A stretch of 64,000 bases of DNA. It comes from an uncultured bacterium (GTDB lineage Bacteria; B130-G9). This document shows, piece after piece, positions 38,380 through 47,278 of the stretch; within the stretch, counting starts at the first letter, position 1, and the number at the start of each line of letters is the position of its first letter. The DNA lies in contig CBDVDH010000003.1 in the NCBI GenBank assembly GCA_965372715.1, forward strand, positions 34,495 through 98,494, written 5' to 3'. Under the pieces are notes generated by a model. It was not told the origin of the DNA. It made no database searches and saw only the letters and a list, made by a program, of their open reading frames with translations. Position numbers and translations under genes: made by a program.

Positions 38380-39243
38380 TCAATGCAGCTTTTTTGCTTC
38401 GTGGTATCCAGCCATACAAGCCAGCTTCTCAAAGAGCGACACATATTCATCTACAGCAATCTCCTGAGGTCTGCAAGCGGGGGACATGCCTGATTGTCCC
38501 AGGAGCCTCTCAACGGCTTCCCTTTGATCGCGGAACGCCTCGCCCTGAGAGAGCGAATTGATAAGCGTCTTTCGCCTGTGGGCAAAGGCGGCTGTTACGA
38601 ATTCATCGAACCGTTTCAGCGTCTCTTGTGAAGTAAACGGGGGCGTTCGCGGCGTCAAAGCAACCACTGCGGAATCGACGTTTGGCCTCGGCCAAAACGC
38701 TGTTCGCGGCACCGTGAGAAGCCTCCGCACCTTCGTCCTCGCCTGTATAGTCACGGAAAGCCGGCCGTACTCCGGTGTGTTAGGCGCCGCCATGAGGCGT
38801 TCGGCCATCTCCCTCTGCCCCATAACGCGGATGTCGTCAATCCGCTCAAGCTGGCTCATCAGCGCTAGCAGGATATGAACGAACGAGCAATATGGCAGGT
38901 TGCCAACGACTCTCACCTTCTTGTTTGAGGCAAGTGAGAAGACGGCCTCAGTCAGATCGAGCTCCCTCGCGTCCCGACACACGGGGATGACGTTCGGACT
39001 GTCGCCGAATCGTTCTTTCAGCTGTTCATAGAGCCCTGCGTCCATCTCGACGGCATACACAACCTCTGCGTCATGGGCCAATAGCTCAGTCAGGCGGCCA
39101 TCACCGGCCCCGATCTCCACGACGATTCTGCCCCCAGGCTCAGCCAGTTCTGCGACCTTTTCTAGAAGATTCGGGTCGCTGAGAAAGACCTGGCCAAGCG
39201 ATTTCTTAGGTTCAAGCATCCCACAAAACTCGATAGACAACAT
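38380..39243 (-). CDS. rsmA: 16S rRNA (adenine1518/1519-N6)-dimethyltransferase RsmA/KsgA
   Basis: GQVFL..P.....V......G...VEIGAG.G.LT..L. N-terminus plus the NLPY motif (VVGNLPYCSF). Confidence 0.85.
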   Translation of the reverse strand: MLSIEFCGMLEPKKSLGQVFLSDPNLLEKVAELAEPGGRIVVEIGAGDGRLTELLAHDAEVVYAVEMDAGLYEQLKERFGDSPNVIPVCRDARELDLTEAVFSLASNKKVRVVGNLPYCSFVHILLALMSQLERIDDIRVMGQREMAERLMAAPNTPEYGRLSVTIQARTKVRRLLTVPRTAFWPRPNVDSAVVALTPRTPPFTSQETLKRFDEFVTAAFAHRRKTLINSLSQGEAFRDQREAVERLLGQSGMSPACRPQEIAVDEYVSLFEKLACMAGYHEAKKLH

Positions 39244-39376
39244 GCGTCATCCGCTTCTCCAAAGTGATTCACGTGCCGCGGTCTAATCCTGCAAAGACGG
39301 ATGATCAATGCGCTGCCTTCGCCCGATTATGCCCAGGCAGCAATGAGCAACCTCGGCGTCCACCGGCTCGCTTGAC

Positions 39377-40525
39377 TTGGCTGCCCTGCTTAGCTATTCT
39401 CCGGCCAAAACTTACCTAAGCTCGAATCTAATTCAACTGAGGCGGACAGTGCAAGCCTGGATTAACGAGAACCTACTTTGGACACAGTTCCTCGTTTGCG
39501 GCGCGGCAGTTGTTCTGGCCGGCATGAGACTCTCCCGGCTTGGCCACATAATAGGCGAAAAACTGAAGATAGGCAGCACCTGGATCGGGCTCGTGTTGCT
39601 GGCTGCCGTTACCTCCATGCCAGAGATGATCACGGGCTGCACGGCGGGCGCCATCGGGGCGCCAGACATAGCCATCGGCAATCTGTTCGGCAGCAACCTC
39701 TTCAACCTCGCGATACTGGGCATTCTCGGGCTAATGATGCCTCGGCTGGCGAAATGGAATGAGGAGGGACACAGGCACTTACTTTCGAGCGGCTTTAATC
39801 TATTCATAATCTCCGTTGCGCTTCTTGCGATCGTTATTCACAGAGTTACTCTCTCCGTGGGCGCGCCTCATAACCAGGCCAAAGTGCAATGGCCGATAGG
39901 AGTGGGCAGCGTCGTGCTGCTCGCTATTTATCTGCTCTCGATGGTCCTGATCTTCGTCCACGAAAGGAGCAACAGACCACGGGATGCTGAGGCGCTCGCC
40001 TACAAAGATGAGAAGCTCCCTGGCGTCTGCATCAAGTTCACGGTCTGCGCCGCGATAATCGTCGGCGCCGGCTGGCGAATGGTTGTCCTGGGCGACATCC
40101 TCGCGGAAATCCCCATCAACATCTTGGGGACGCGCCTCGTCCTGGGCCAGACCGTAATCGGCACGTTATTCCTTGCCGTTGCGACCTCGTTGCCCGAATT
40201 CACGGTTTGCTTCGCAGCAATCAAGATGCGCGCTGTGAATATGGCTATCGGCAACGTCTTCGGCAGCAACATCTTCAACATCGCGACCGTTTTCTTAGCC
40301 GACGTATTCTTCACAAAAGGCCCGATTCTGGCCCACATCAGCGGCATTCATCTTATCACAGGACTGATTGTCATCTTGATGAGCGTGCTCTTTATCTTGG
40401 GAAGCGCATACCGCCGCCTGTTCGTCGGGTTCAGGCAGATTCCTATCTCGATCGCCATCGTGGCCTTATGGCTTCTGGGCTGGCTCCTTATATTCATGTT
40501 CAGCGGCCAGGCCCCGCAGCCGTAG
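39377..40525 (+). CDS. Ca2+/cation antiporter (CaCA family, YrbG-like)
   Basis: Two alpha-repeat signatures (GNLFGSNLFNL and GNVFGSNIFNI) in a ~10-TM protein. The true start may be a downstream M. Confidence 0.75.
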   Translation: MAALLSYSPAKTYLSSNLIQLRRTVQAWINENLLWTQFLVCGAAVVLAGMRLSRLGHIIGEKLKIGSTWIGLVLLAAVTSMPEMITGCTAGAIGAPDIAIGNLFGSNLFNLAILGILGLMMPRLAKWNEEGHRHLLSSGFNLFIISVALLAIVIHRVTLSVGAPHNQAKVQWPIGVGSVVLLAIYLLSMVLIFVHERSNRPRDAEALAYKDEKLPGVCIKFTVCAAIIVGAGWRMVVLGDILAEIPINILGTRLVLGQTVIGTLFLAVATSLPEFTVCFAAIKMRAVNMAIGNVFGSNIFNIATVFLADVFFTKGPILAHISGIHLITGLIVILMSVLFILGSAYRRLFVGFRQIPISIAIVALWLLGWLLIFMFSGQAPQP

Positions 40526-40574
40526 CCCCGGCCGGGCGGGCTCCACCGCAAGGCTGTCCTTATCGTCGCCTGCG

Positions 40575-40748
40575 TCATCTCGACCAGGGATCAGCCACAC
40601 CGAGGTCCTTGCATATCTTGAGCACCAGCTTGTTGAGTAGTTCCGTGTGCCGAGGAATTGTCGAGGTCATCCGGTTGGCCGGGTTCCAATAGACGGAGTG
40701 CTTCTTGCCCTCGCGAAGCAGCAGGCAGCCCTGCCGACCGAGATGCAA
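40575..40748 (-). CDS. hicA: HicA-like mRNA interferase toxin (TTG start, or N-terminus frameshifted)
   Basis: The frame read immediately after the hicB stop gives ...GCLLLREGKKHSVYWNPANRMTSTIPRHTELLNKLVLKICKDLGV, a good HicA (YcfA) signature (GSHxxxxxP...T.P.H.EL....L..I.KQ.G). There is no ATG in frame. The nearest start is TTG at 40746-40748. The ATG-initiated ORF in the track (40591..40785) is in the wrong frame for this similarity. Confidence 0.4.
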   Translation of the reverse strand: MHLGRQGCLLLREGKKHSVYWNPANRMTSTIPRHTELLNKLVLKICKDLGVADPWSR

Positions 40749-40781
40749 GAGTCCAGGGAGCTCTCGGCAGAGCGCCTCGCT

Positions 40782-41003
40782 TCATCCGGAGTGAACTAAG
40801 AGCTCTTCCCGAATCACATTGCGACCCTCAGCCTCGCGACGCGCCAATTCCCGATTGGCCTCAATGACGAGCTGCACTGCCTCCTTGAGATTCTCTCGCG
40901 CCTCATCGAGCGTTCGCGCCTGTGTATTCGCCCCGGGCAGTTCCTCAACGTATCCAACCCACCACTCGCCTTCTTGCTCGAAGACCGCCGTGAAATGCTC
41001 CAT
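40782..41003 (-). CDS. hicB: HicB-like antitoxin (UPF0150/RNase H-like fold)
   Basis: 73 aa. The HicB N-terminal pattern (FTAVFEQEGEWWVGYVEELPGANTQARTLDEARENLKEAVQLVIE) is present. The stop abuts the hicA-like frame. Confidence 0.55.
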   Translation of the reverse strand: MEHFTAVFEQEGEWWVGYVEELPGANTQARTLDEARENLKEAVQLVIEANRELARREAEGRNVIREELLVHSG

Positions 41004-41217
41004 TCCTTTCTCCCATTCAGATGCCTTAAGGAATTGCCTCGACCCAGGCCCGCGCTCAAGGATACATCAACATGGCGGAACCTGCAAAAACGCCGACATC
41101 AGAGCATCTTTCGACAGTGGCCACCACCTAATGGCCCGGAACTACCGGCGAGCCCCCCGGCTAGCATTGTATTAACCCCGTTTCCAATCGGGCGAGCCTG
41201 GGAGGCTGACGCGCACC

Positions 41218-42018
41218 CTACTCAGACTTGGGTCCAATATCGCTCAGATCGACACGCAACTCCTCGCGCGATGCGCCGCACCACCTGCACAGTAGTTCAC
41301 CGCCCGCCTCCTCAAATCGGGCCAGCACTTGGTTATGATAAGTGGCCAACCAATTGTATTTCGCCAGATTGCGGCTGTCCTCTTTGTGCTTCTTGCGGTT
41401 CCTCATGATGAGCTCTCTGTGAACCACTAGGCTTTCGCGCACAAGGTCAGGGTCCATTCCAAACTCCCAGAGCTGGCCAATGTTTCCAACTAGATAGTCA
41501 ACGAAGAACTGACCATCGTCGTCTCGCCATATGTACTTCATATCCCCTAATACAACGTTGTCATGAAGCCTCTGATGCACAGCTCCATCAATCAGCACGC
41601 GCGGATATACGGCGACTTTAGACTCTAGGTGGTAGGCCCTGTTCAATGCCGGACCAAAGATCATTTTATCCTCCACGAATATTTCTCCGACCGTGATCCC
41701 TCCTCGAACAATGACACCTTCTTGAATCAAGCTGCGTTGAATATGCATGATTGCATTGAGCTCAAGAATGACTTTTAGATTGACCTCATACCTGTCGTCT
41801 TCGTCGGAGATTCTTGAAGTCCTTACTATCGAGTCCGAGAAATTGATGTAACGCATTTCAAATACCTTCGGTGGTTCGTCGGGAATGGTCGCCTCGTCAC
41901 AGACCTGTATCAAGAATCCTATTATCCTCTTGATCTCATCAGGCGTTCGGGTCTCAACTATTTCCTTAAATCCCAGAATGTCGATGAATGTTACGATAGC
42001 TTTGATGTATGCTGCCAT
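41218..42018 (-). CDS. Stand-alone class III nucleotidyl cyclase-like domain protein (266 aa)
   Basis: Motif 1 is VTFIDILGF (compare AC/GC FTDIVGFT). Motif 2 is RGGITVGEIFVEDKMIFGPALNRAYHLESKVAVYPRVLIDGAVH (compare R.GIH.G.VV.G..G......FGDTVNTASRMES.G..G.I.VS). No sensor or effector domain is fused. Confidence 0.5.
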   Translation of the reverse strand: MAAYIKAIVTFIDILGFKEIVETRTPDEIKRIIGFLIQVCDEATIPDEPPKVFEMRYINFSDSIVRTSRISDEDDRYEVNLKVILELNAIMHIQRSLIQEGVIVRGGITVGEIFVEDKMIFGPALNRAYHLESKVAVYPRVLIDGAVHQRLHDNVVLGDMKYIWRDDDGQFFVDYLVGNIGQLWEFGMDPDLVRESLVVHRELIMRNRKKHKEDSRNLAKYNWLATYHNQVLARFEEAGGELLCRWCGASREELRVDLSDIGPKSE

Positions 42019-42263
42019 TCAGATTCCCTCCATTTCCTTGTTCGACCATATCAGGGTCGTTCTGTTCTTCTGCGGAACCGAATCCGCGGGTTGACAGTCG
42101 CGGCTCTTGCCCGTGATTCATTCTATCTCCGCTCCCGCATTGTTTGCCAGCCCGTTTCCGCAATGTTCTTCCCAGCCTGCACGTCGGGGATTGTCTCGGA
42201 AACCTCTCATGCCCCGTTGTTTGACAAAGGCGGGCGGATTCACATAGGCTTTCAGCACATCAA

Positions 42264-43844
42264 ATGAGCGGTGAAAGGAGACGCATGGAAGTCGTAACAG
42301 CGGCCGAGATGAGGGCCATCGATCGGGAGGCTATTGAGGTTCTGGGCATCCCTGGGCCAGTTCTGATGGAGAACGCTGGCAGGAGCGTCGTTGAGCACCT
42401 GAAGCGGCGGTTCGGCGACCTCGAGACGAGGCAGGTGGTCATCCTGTGCGGCAAGGGCAACAATGGAGGCGATGGCTTCGTCGTAAGCCGCTGGCTCAAT
42501 GGGATGGGCGTGCCGACCAAGACCATTCTTCTGGGCATCGCAGACGAGGTCAAAGGCGACGCCAAGCTGAACCTCGACATTCTCTCCGGGCTCGGCATCC
42601 CAGTTGACACAGCGCCGGACCAGGCGGTCTTCCGTCGATTCGCGGACGTTCTTTTCTCGTGCGACATCATCGTGGATGCGATGCTCGGCACAGGGCTCAC
42701 GCGAGGCGCCTCGGGCATAATCGCGGAAGTAATCGAGATGGTGAACAGTGTGCCCGCTTACGTCGTCTCAGTCGATACGCCATCGGGGCTTTCGTCCGAC
42801 ACGCCGGAGATACTCGGGAATGTGGTCAGGGCGGCGGCCACCATAACATTCGGCCTGCCCAAGATCGGTCAGCTGCTCTATCCGGGAGCTGAGTTCGTCG
42901 GCGAGCTCGTCGTGGCCGACATCGGTATCCCACCCGAGCTCGTCGCCAAGAGCGATGTGAAGACGTTTCGCATGGACCCGGACGAGCTCGACTTGCGGAT
43001 ATTCCTGCGCAAGCCGGACGCACATAAAGGGACGTTCGGCCACGTTCTGATCGTCGGAGGTTCGACGGGCAAGACGGGCGCGGTTGCGCTTGCGTCGGCG
43101 GCCGCAATGAGGGCCGGGGCGGGCCTTTGCACAGCAGCGGTTCCCGCCTCGCTCAACGAGATCATGGAGGTCAAGATGACCGAGGCGATGACGGTGCCGC
43201 TTGCGGAGGAGCGCCCGGGCACGATTTCTGCCGCGGCGGTTGATTCGGTGTTGCGCACGATTGACGAGTTGAGGATTAGCGCCATCGCAGTCGGCCCGGG
43301 GCTTGGCACATCGCCCGGGACCGTCAAGTTCGTCCGTGAGCTTCTACCAAAAATCAGCTGCATCCCAGTTGTGCTCGACGCCGACGGGATCAACGCCCTG
43401 GCAGGAAGCGCCTCGTTACTGGACAAGCTCGAATCCCCGATTGTTCTGACGCCTCATCCGAAGGAGTTCTCACGCGTGAGCGGCGTGGCCATGCCGGAAA
43501 TCCTCAAGGACCGGCTCGGCGCAGCCCGGAGGTTCGCACAATCGACCGGTGTTTTTGTCGTGCTCAAAGGCGCAAGGACAATCGTGACCGCCCCCGACGG
43601 GACTGCGTTCATCAACATGACCGGCAATCCGGGAATGGCTAGTGGCGGGACCGGGGACGTGCTCACTGGCCTCATCGCGGCATTCGCCGGGCAAGGCGCT
43701 GCCCCACTTGAGGCGGCGAAACTCGGCGTGTATTTTCATGGTTTGGCGGGCGACATCGCAGCCAGAACCGTGGGCGAGGCGAGCCTGGTGGCGTCCGATC
43801 TTCTCGACTTCCTGCCCGAGGCAATCGCAGAAACCGTGACCTAG
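42264..43844 (+). CDS. nnr: Bifunctional NAD(P)H-hydrate repair enzyme Nnr (epimerase YjeF_N + ADP-dependent dehydratase YjeF_C)
   Basis: N-terminal domain GKGNNGGDGFV. C-terminal carbohydrate-kinase-like domain (GPGLG...VLDADG...VLTPHP.E..R...GGTGDVL.G). Likely start MEVVTAAEMR at 42285. Confidence 0.85.
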   Translation: MSGERRRMEVVTAAEMRAIDREAIEVLGIPGPVLMENAGRSVVEHLKRRFGDLETRQVVILCGKGNNGGDGFVVSRWLNGMGVPTKTILLGIADEVKGDAKLNLDILSGLGIPVDTAPDQAVFRRFADVLFSCDIIVDAMLGTGLTRGASGIIAEVIEMVNSVPAYVVSVDTPSGLSSDTPEILGNVVRAAATITFGLPKIGQLLYPGAEFVGELVVADIGIPPELVAKSDVKTFRMDPDELDLRIFLRKPDAHKGTFGHVLIVGGSTGKTGAVALASAAAMRAGAGLCTAAVPASLNEIMEVKMTEAMTVPLAEERPGTISAAAVDSVLRTIDELRISAIAVGPGLGTSPGTVKFVRELLPKISCIPVVLDADGINALAGSASLLDKLESPIVLTPHPKEFSRVSGVAMPEILKDRLGAARRFAQSTGVFVVLKGARTIVTAPDGTAFINMTGNPGMASGGTGDVLTGLIAAFAGQGAAPLEAAKLGVYFHGLAGDIAARTVGEASLVASDLLDFLPEAIAETVT

Positions 43845-43848
43845 CAAG

Positions 43849-44568
43849 GTGAAACCAATCAAGGGTCGTGGCCCGAATCCACCTGAAACGGGCAGCTCAG
43901 AGGCTTCAAGAATCTCGTCTCTAACCGTTTTCAGGGCGTCCCTATACCTGAGATGCCTCGGCGAATTGGAGAACGAGGCTAAGGAAACAGTCTCCTCAAA
44001 GGAGCTCGCGGACAAGTTCTCGATTAGCTCCGCCCTCGTTCGTAAGGACCTCGGCCTGTTCGGTGCGTTCGGAACCGCCGGCGTGGGGTACGGCGTCAAG
44101 AGCTTGAAGGACGCTCTCCTGAACGAGCTTGGCCTAAAAAGGGTCTGGAAGGTTGCGATAGTGGGCGCGGGCAGGCTCGGTCTCGCGCTGGCGAGGCACA
44201 AAGGGCTTGCACAGAGCAACTTCAAGATAGCGGCTATCTTCGACAAATACCCCGAAAAGACGATTGCCGGGAGTGATTCGGGCCTTGAGGTCCTCCGCGT
44301 GGATGATCTTCCCGAGGTCGTGAAGGAGCGAGGTATTGAGCTCGGCGTCATCGCGGTCCCGGGCGCAAGCGCGCAGGAGGCCGCGGACGCGATTGCTCGG
44401 GCGGGGATAAAGGCCATTTTGAACTTCGCGCCGACGCATATCAACGTTCCTAAAGGCATCTTCGTTCATAACGTTGATTTTACCATTTACCTCGAAAACC
44501 TCGCCTACTACGTCAATGAGGCGTATCATCAAGATGGCGATTCCGACGGTCGAGGTGGGCGAGATTGA
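43849..44568 (+). CDS. rex: Redox-sensing transcriptional repressor Rex
   Basis: N-terminal wHTH (SLYLRCLGEL...VSSKELAD...S.LVRKDL..FG.FG..GVGY.V..L). C-terminal Rossmann NADH sensor (VAIVGAGRLG). Confidence 0.8.
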   Translation: MKPIKGRGPNPPETGSSEASRISSLTVFRASLYLRCLGELENEAKETVSSKELADKFSISSALVRKDLGLFGAFGTAGVGYGVKSLKDALLNELGLKRVWKVAIVGAGRLGLALARHKGLAQSNFKIAAIFDKYPEKTIAGSDSGLEVLRVDDLPEVVKERGIELGVIAVPGASAQEAADAIARAGIKAILNFAPTHINVPKGIFVHNVDFTIYLENLAYYVNEAYHQDGDSDGRGGRD

Positions 44569-46679
44569 CGTGCGCCAGAGAGGCCAGATACTCAGGTCGA
44601 AGGCAAGCTAGGACCGAAGGGAAACGGGCCCGCAACCTCTATACGCTCGCTGCGCAGAATCTCCTGCTCCTGCTGCTTGCTGCCGTGCCGCTTGCTTTCA
44701 CGCCGCTGACGCAGGACAGATACAGCCAGATCAAATGGGCTATCCTCCAGCTTCTGATTCCGTTTCTGCTGGTGAGTGTGTTGCTTGCGTTATGGCCCAG
44801 GCTAAGGGACCTCCTCAAGGGGCCTATGATAGTGCCTGCCCTTGTTTTCGTGGCCTGTGCTTTTGTGTCCGCCTTCTTTGCGGAAAACAAGCCCTGGGCT
44901 GCAAGAACCGCCACCAACCTGTTGTATATGATGGCTCTGATGATCGCGTGCAAGGGGCTCCTGCTCCGGGGCCTCAGCGTCCGGAAGGTTCTCGTGACTG
45001 TTACCATCGTCAGCACCCTGGTCGCGTTCCTGGGGATCGTTCAATACTATGGGCTCTTCGGCCAAAGGCAGATCGCGGATTCCTACGGCGAGCTCCACAC
45101 GCCATCGACAATTGGCCACAACAACTTCGCGGCGGCATACATCATAATGGCGGTCCCCGCGGCAGTGGCCCTATTGGTCTCTGGAGGCGGGGCATGGCTT
45201 GCAGTTGGGTCCGGGCTTTGCCTCTTCATACAGCTCTACTTTCTCCTGATAACGGCGAGCAGGGGCGGCTGGGTGGGCTGCCTCGTCGGCATGGCTTTCT
45301 GGGCGGCTTGGGCCTGTCTTCTCCCGGCCTTCAGGCGCTCCGAAGCGGGCGCCCCAAGATGGCGGCACAAGGCCATCGTCGTCATCCTGCCGTTGGTGTG
45401 CGCCTTAGGCGCTTTGATAATCGTCAGCCCATCCACCAGGCTGCTCGTGACCGACAAGGCCGCATCGTTCATCGACCTAACCGACAAGCCAATACAGTTC
45501 AGGCTCCTGACGTGGAAATCGACTTTGTCAATGATAGCTGAACGTCCACTCGGCGTCGGCCTGGCCAATTATGAGATGCTCTACCCCGAGTATCGCTCCG
45601 TCCAGGAGCATCGAATCACGGGGCGCTTCAAGAAGGTCCAGCGCACGCACAACGAGTATCTCCAGACCGTGGCGGAGCTCGGGCCCCATGGACTCATAGC
45701 CTTCCTCTTTCTCGTCGTATCATTCTTCAGAGCAGGCTTGCACGCAGCCAGAACAGCGGAGACGCGAAAGACTCGACTCATGTTTCAGGCAATCGTCGTA
45801 GGGCAACTGGCGATGCTCGTCCATTCGTTTTTCAGCTTCCCGCTCCAGCTGCCCGTTACCTTGATGATGTTCTGGGTGTTCTGCGGCGTCGTTTCCGCGT
45901 CGCCGAAGGCCGTGCAAGAAGCCCAAAGGCGGCCACCTGCTGAGAATAGGGTCCCCAGTAGGACCGCCCTAGCCCTCGTGGTAGGCGCTGTCGTGGTCAC
46001 AATCCTCCAACTCTCGTCATCGGAGCTTTTCTCCGAATATCACCAATCCAAAGGGCTATCGCTCAAGGAGAAGGCGAAATACAAGCTGGCGGCGGCTCAA
46101 TTCCAGAGGGCATCGGAGTTCTGCGGGTCCAGCTTTCTCAACCACTATCTCGCCTCGGTCAGCCTCCGCAACACGGGCAAGATCGACGAGGCGATTGACG
46201 AGAGCCTGAAGAGCCTCAAATGCAACCCAAACGACCGGCATTCGATCTTCAATCTGGGGGCGCTTTACTCATACAAGGGACGGATCGACGAGGCGATCGA
46301 GCTTTGGAAGCGAGTTCTTTCCATCGATCCCGACTACGCGCAGGCCTACTTCAACATGGGCGCCGTGTATGCCCACCGGGGCGAGGACGGCCTGGCATTG
46401 AGCGCCTATGAGAATGCTCTCCGCATAGACCCCAGTTTGAGGCAGGCCTGCCACAACATGGTCGTCATTCTCGAGAAGCTCGGGAAGCTCACCGAGGCGA
46501 GAGACGCCCTGGTGCGCTGCGTGGAGAACGTCCAGGACCTTCAGCTGCACCTCGACCTTGCCCGCGTCTATGCCAGGCTCGGCGAGATCGGCAACTCGCA
46601 GCGAACGCTGATTGAGGCGAAGGAGCTCTTCGGCAAGGATGACCGCATCGACGAGCTGCTCCGCAAGCTGCCGCGATGA
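44565..46679 (+). CDS. O-antigen ligase/polymerase-like (Wzy_C) membrane protein with C-terminal TPR repeats
   Basis: About 12 TM helices with a large periplasmic loop typical of Wzy_C/WaaL. C-terminal ~200 aa of TPR units (A..YFNMGAVYAHRGEDGLALSAYENALRIDP...). Confidence 0.6.
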   Translation: MTCAREARYSGRRQARTEGKRARNLYTLAAQNLLLLLLAAVPLAFTPLTQDRYSQIKWAILQLLIPFLLVSVLLALWPRLRDLLKGPMIVPALVFVACAFVSAFFAENKPWAARTATNLLYMMALMIACKGLLLRGLSVRKVLVTVTIVSTLVAFLGIVQYYGLFGQRQIADSYGELHTPSTIGHNNFAAAYIIMAVPAAVALLVSGGGAWLAVGSGLCLFIQLYFLLITASRGGWVGCLVGMAFWAAWACLLPAFRRSEAGAPRWRHKAIVVILPLVCALGALIIVSPSTRLLVTDKAASFIDLTDKPIQFRLLTWKSTLSMIAERPLGVGLANYEMLYPEYRSVQEHRITGRFKKVQRTHNEYLQTVAELGPHGLIAFLFLVVSFFRAGLHAARTAETRKTRLMFQAIVVGQLAMLVHSFFSFPLQLPVTLMMFWVFCGVVSASPKAVQEAQRRPPAENRVPSRTALALVVGAVVVTILQLSSSELFSEYHQSKGLSLKEKAKYKLAAAQFQRASEFCGSSFLNHYLASVSLRNTGKIDEAIDESLKSLKCNPNDRHSIFNLGALYSYKGRIDEAIELWKRVLSIDPDYAQAYFNMGAVYAHRGEDGLALSAYENALRIDPSLRQACHNMVVILEKLGKLTEARDALVRCVENVQDLQLHLDLARVYARLGEIGNSQRTLIEAKELFGKDDRIDELLRKLPR

Positions 46680-47272
46680 GCTTCGGCGCACGTCTGGCTG
46701 CTGTTGCGCCCTGGATTCTATTGGCTGTTATCGTCCTGGGCCTGGCGGCGTTTCAGCTTTTTGATATTGTGCCCTGGGCCCGCCCAGAATTGCCGGCCTC
46801 GCCCGAGAATGCGCATCACTCGGCCGACAACTCTACCTGCTCCCTCAGGGAGTTCCTCAATAGCAATCCTGCAGGGAGCATTGTTGTGCTTGCGGTCAAC
46901 GGGAGACCCTCGACGCGGACCTGGCACGAGCTCTACGGCTGCATGGTCCGCGTCGGCGCGCAGCGTGAGATAATCCCTGTTCGAGGCGCCTCGTTCATTC
47001 TCGTCGGCGCGATGGACGCTCGGCTGGGTTCTGCGGTCTCGAGGATGGGTGTTCAGGAGGTCGAAATCGAGCTCGAGAAGGGCCAGGAGATCGGCTCTAG
47101 TGGTATCATGGCGCCGTGTGGGATCGTGGCCAGAAGCATCGGCGACTCGGAGGGCATTGGGAGGGCCATCATATCGGTCGGCGGCGTTTGGTGTTCGCTG
47201 AACAAGCGCGGCGTGAACGTTGCCGTGATTGACGAGAGCGGGCATTGCGTCAGCCGTGCGCATTTCAGGTGA
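46676..47272 (+). CDS. Hypothetical membrane-anchored protein (198 aa)
   Basis: N-terminal TM helix. Overlapping start-stop with the neighbouring genes (operon). No recognisable motif. Confidence 0.4.
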   Translation: MSFGARLAAVAPWILLAVIVLGLAAFQLFDIVPWARPELPASPENAHHSADNSTCSLREFLNSNPAGSIVVLAVNGRPSTRTWHELYGCMVRVGAQREIIPVRGASFILVGAMDARLGSAVSRMGVQEVEIELEKGQEIGSSGIMAPCGIVARSIGDSEGIGRAIISVGGVWCSLNKRGVNVAVIDESGHCVSRAHFR

Positions 47273-47278
47273 TGTGAT

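Noticed and set aside
40591-40785. ATG-initiated 64-aa ORF from the ORF track as hicA.
   Set aside because: Its translation (MKRGALPRAPW...) has no HicA similarity. The +1 frame over the same DNA gives a clear HicA signature, so the ATG ORF is a frame artefact.
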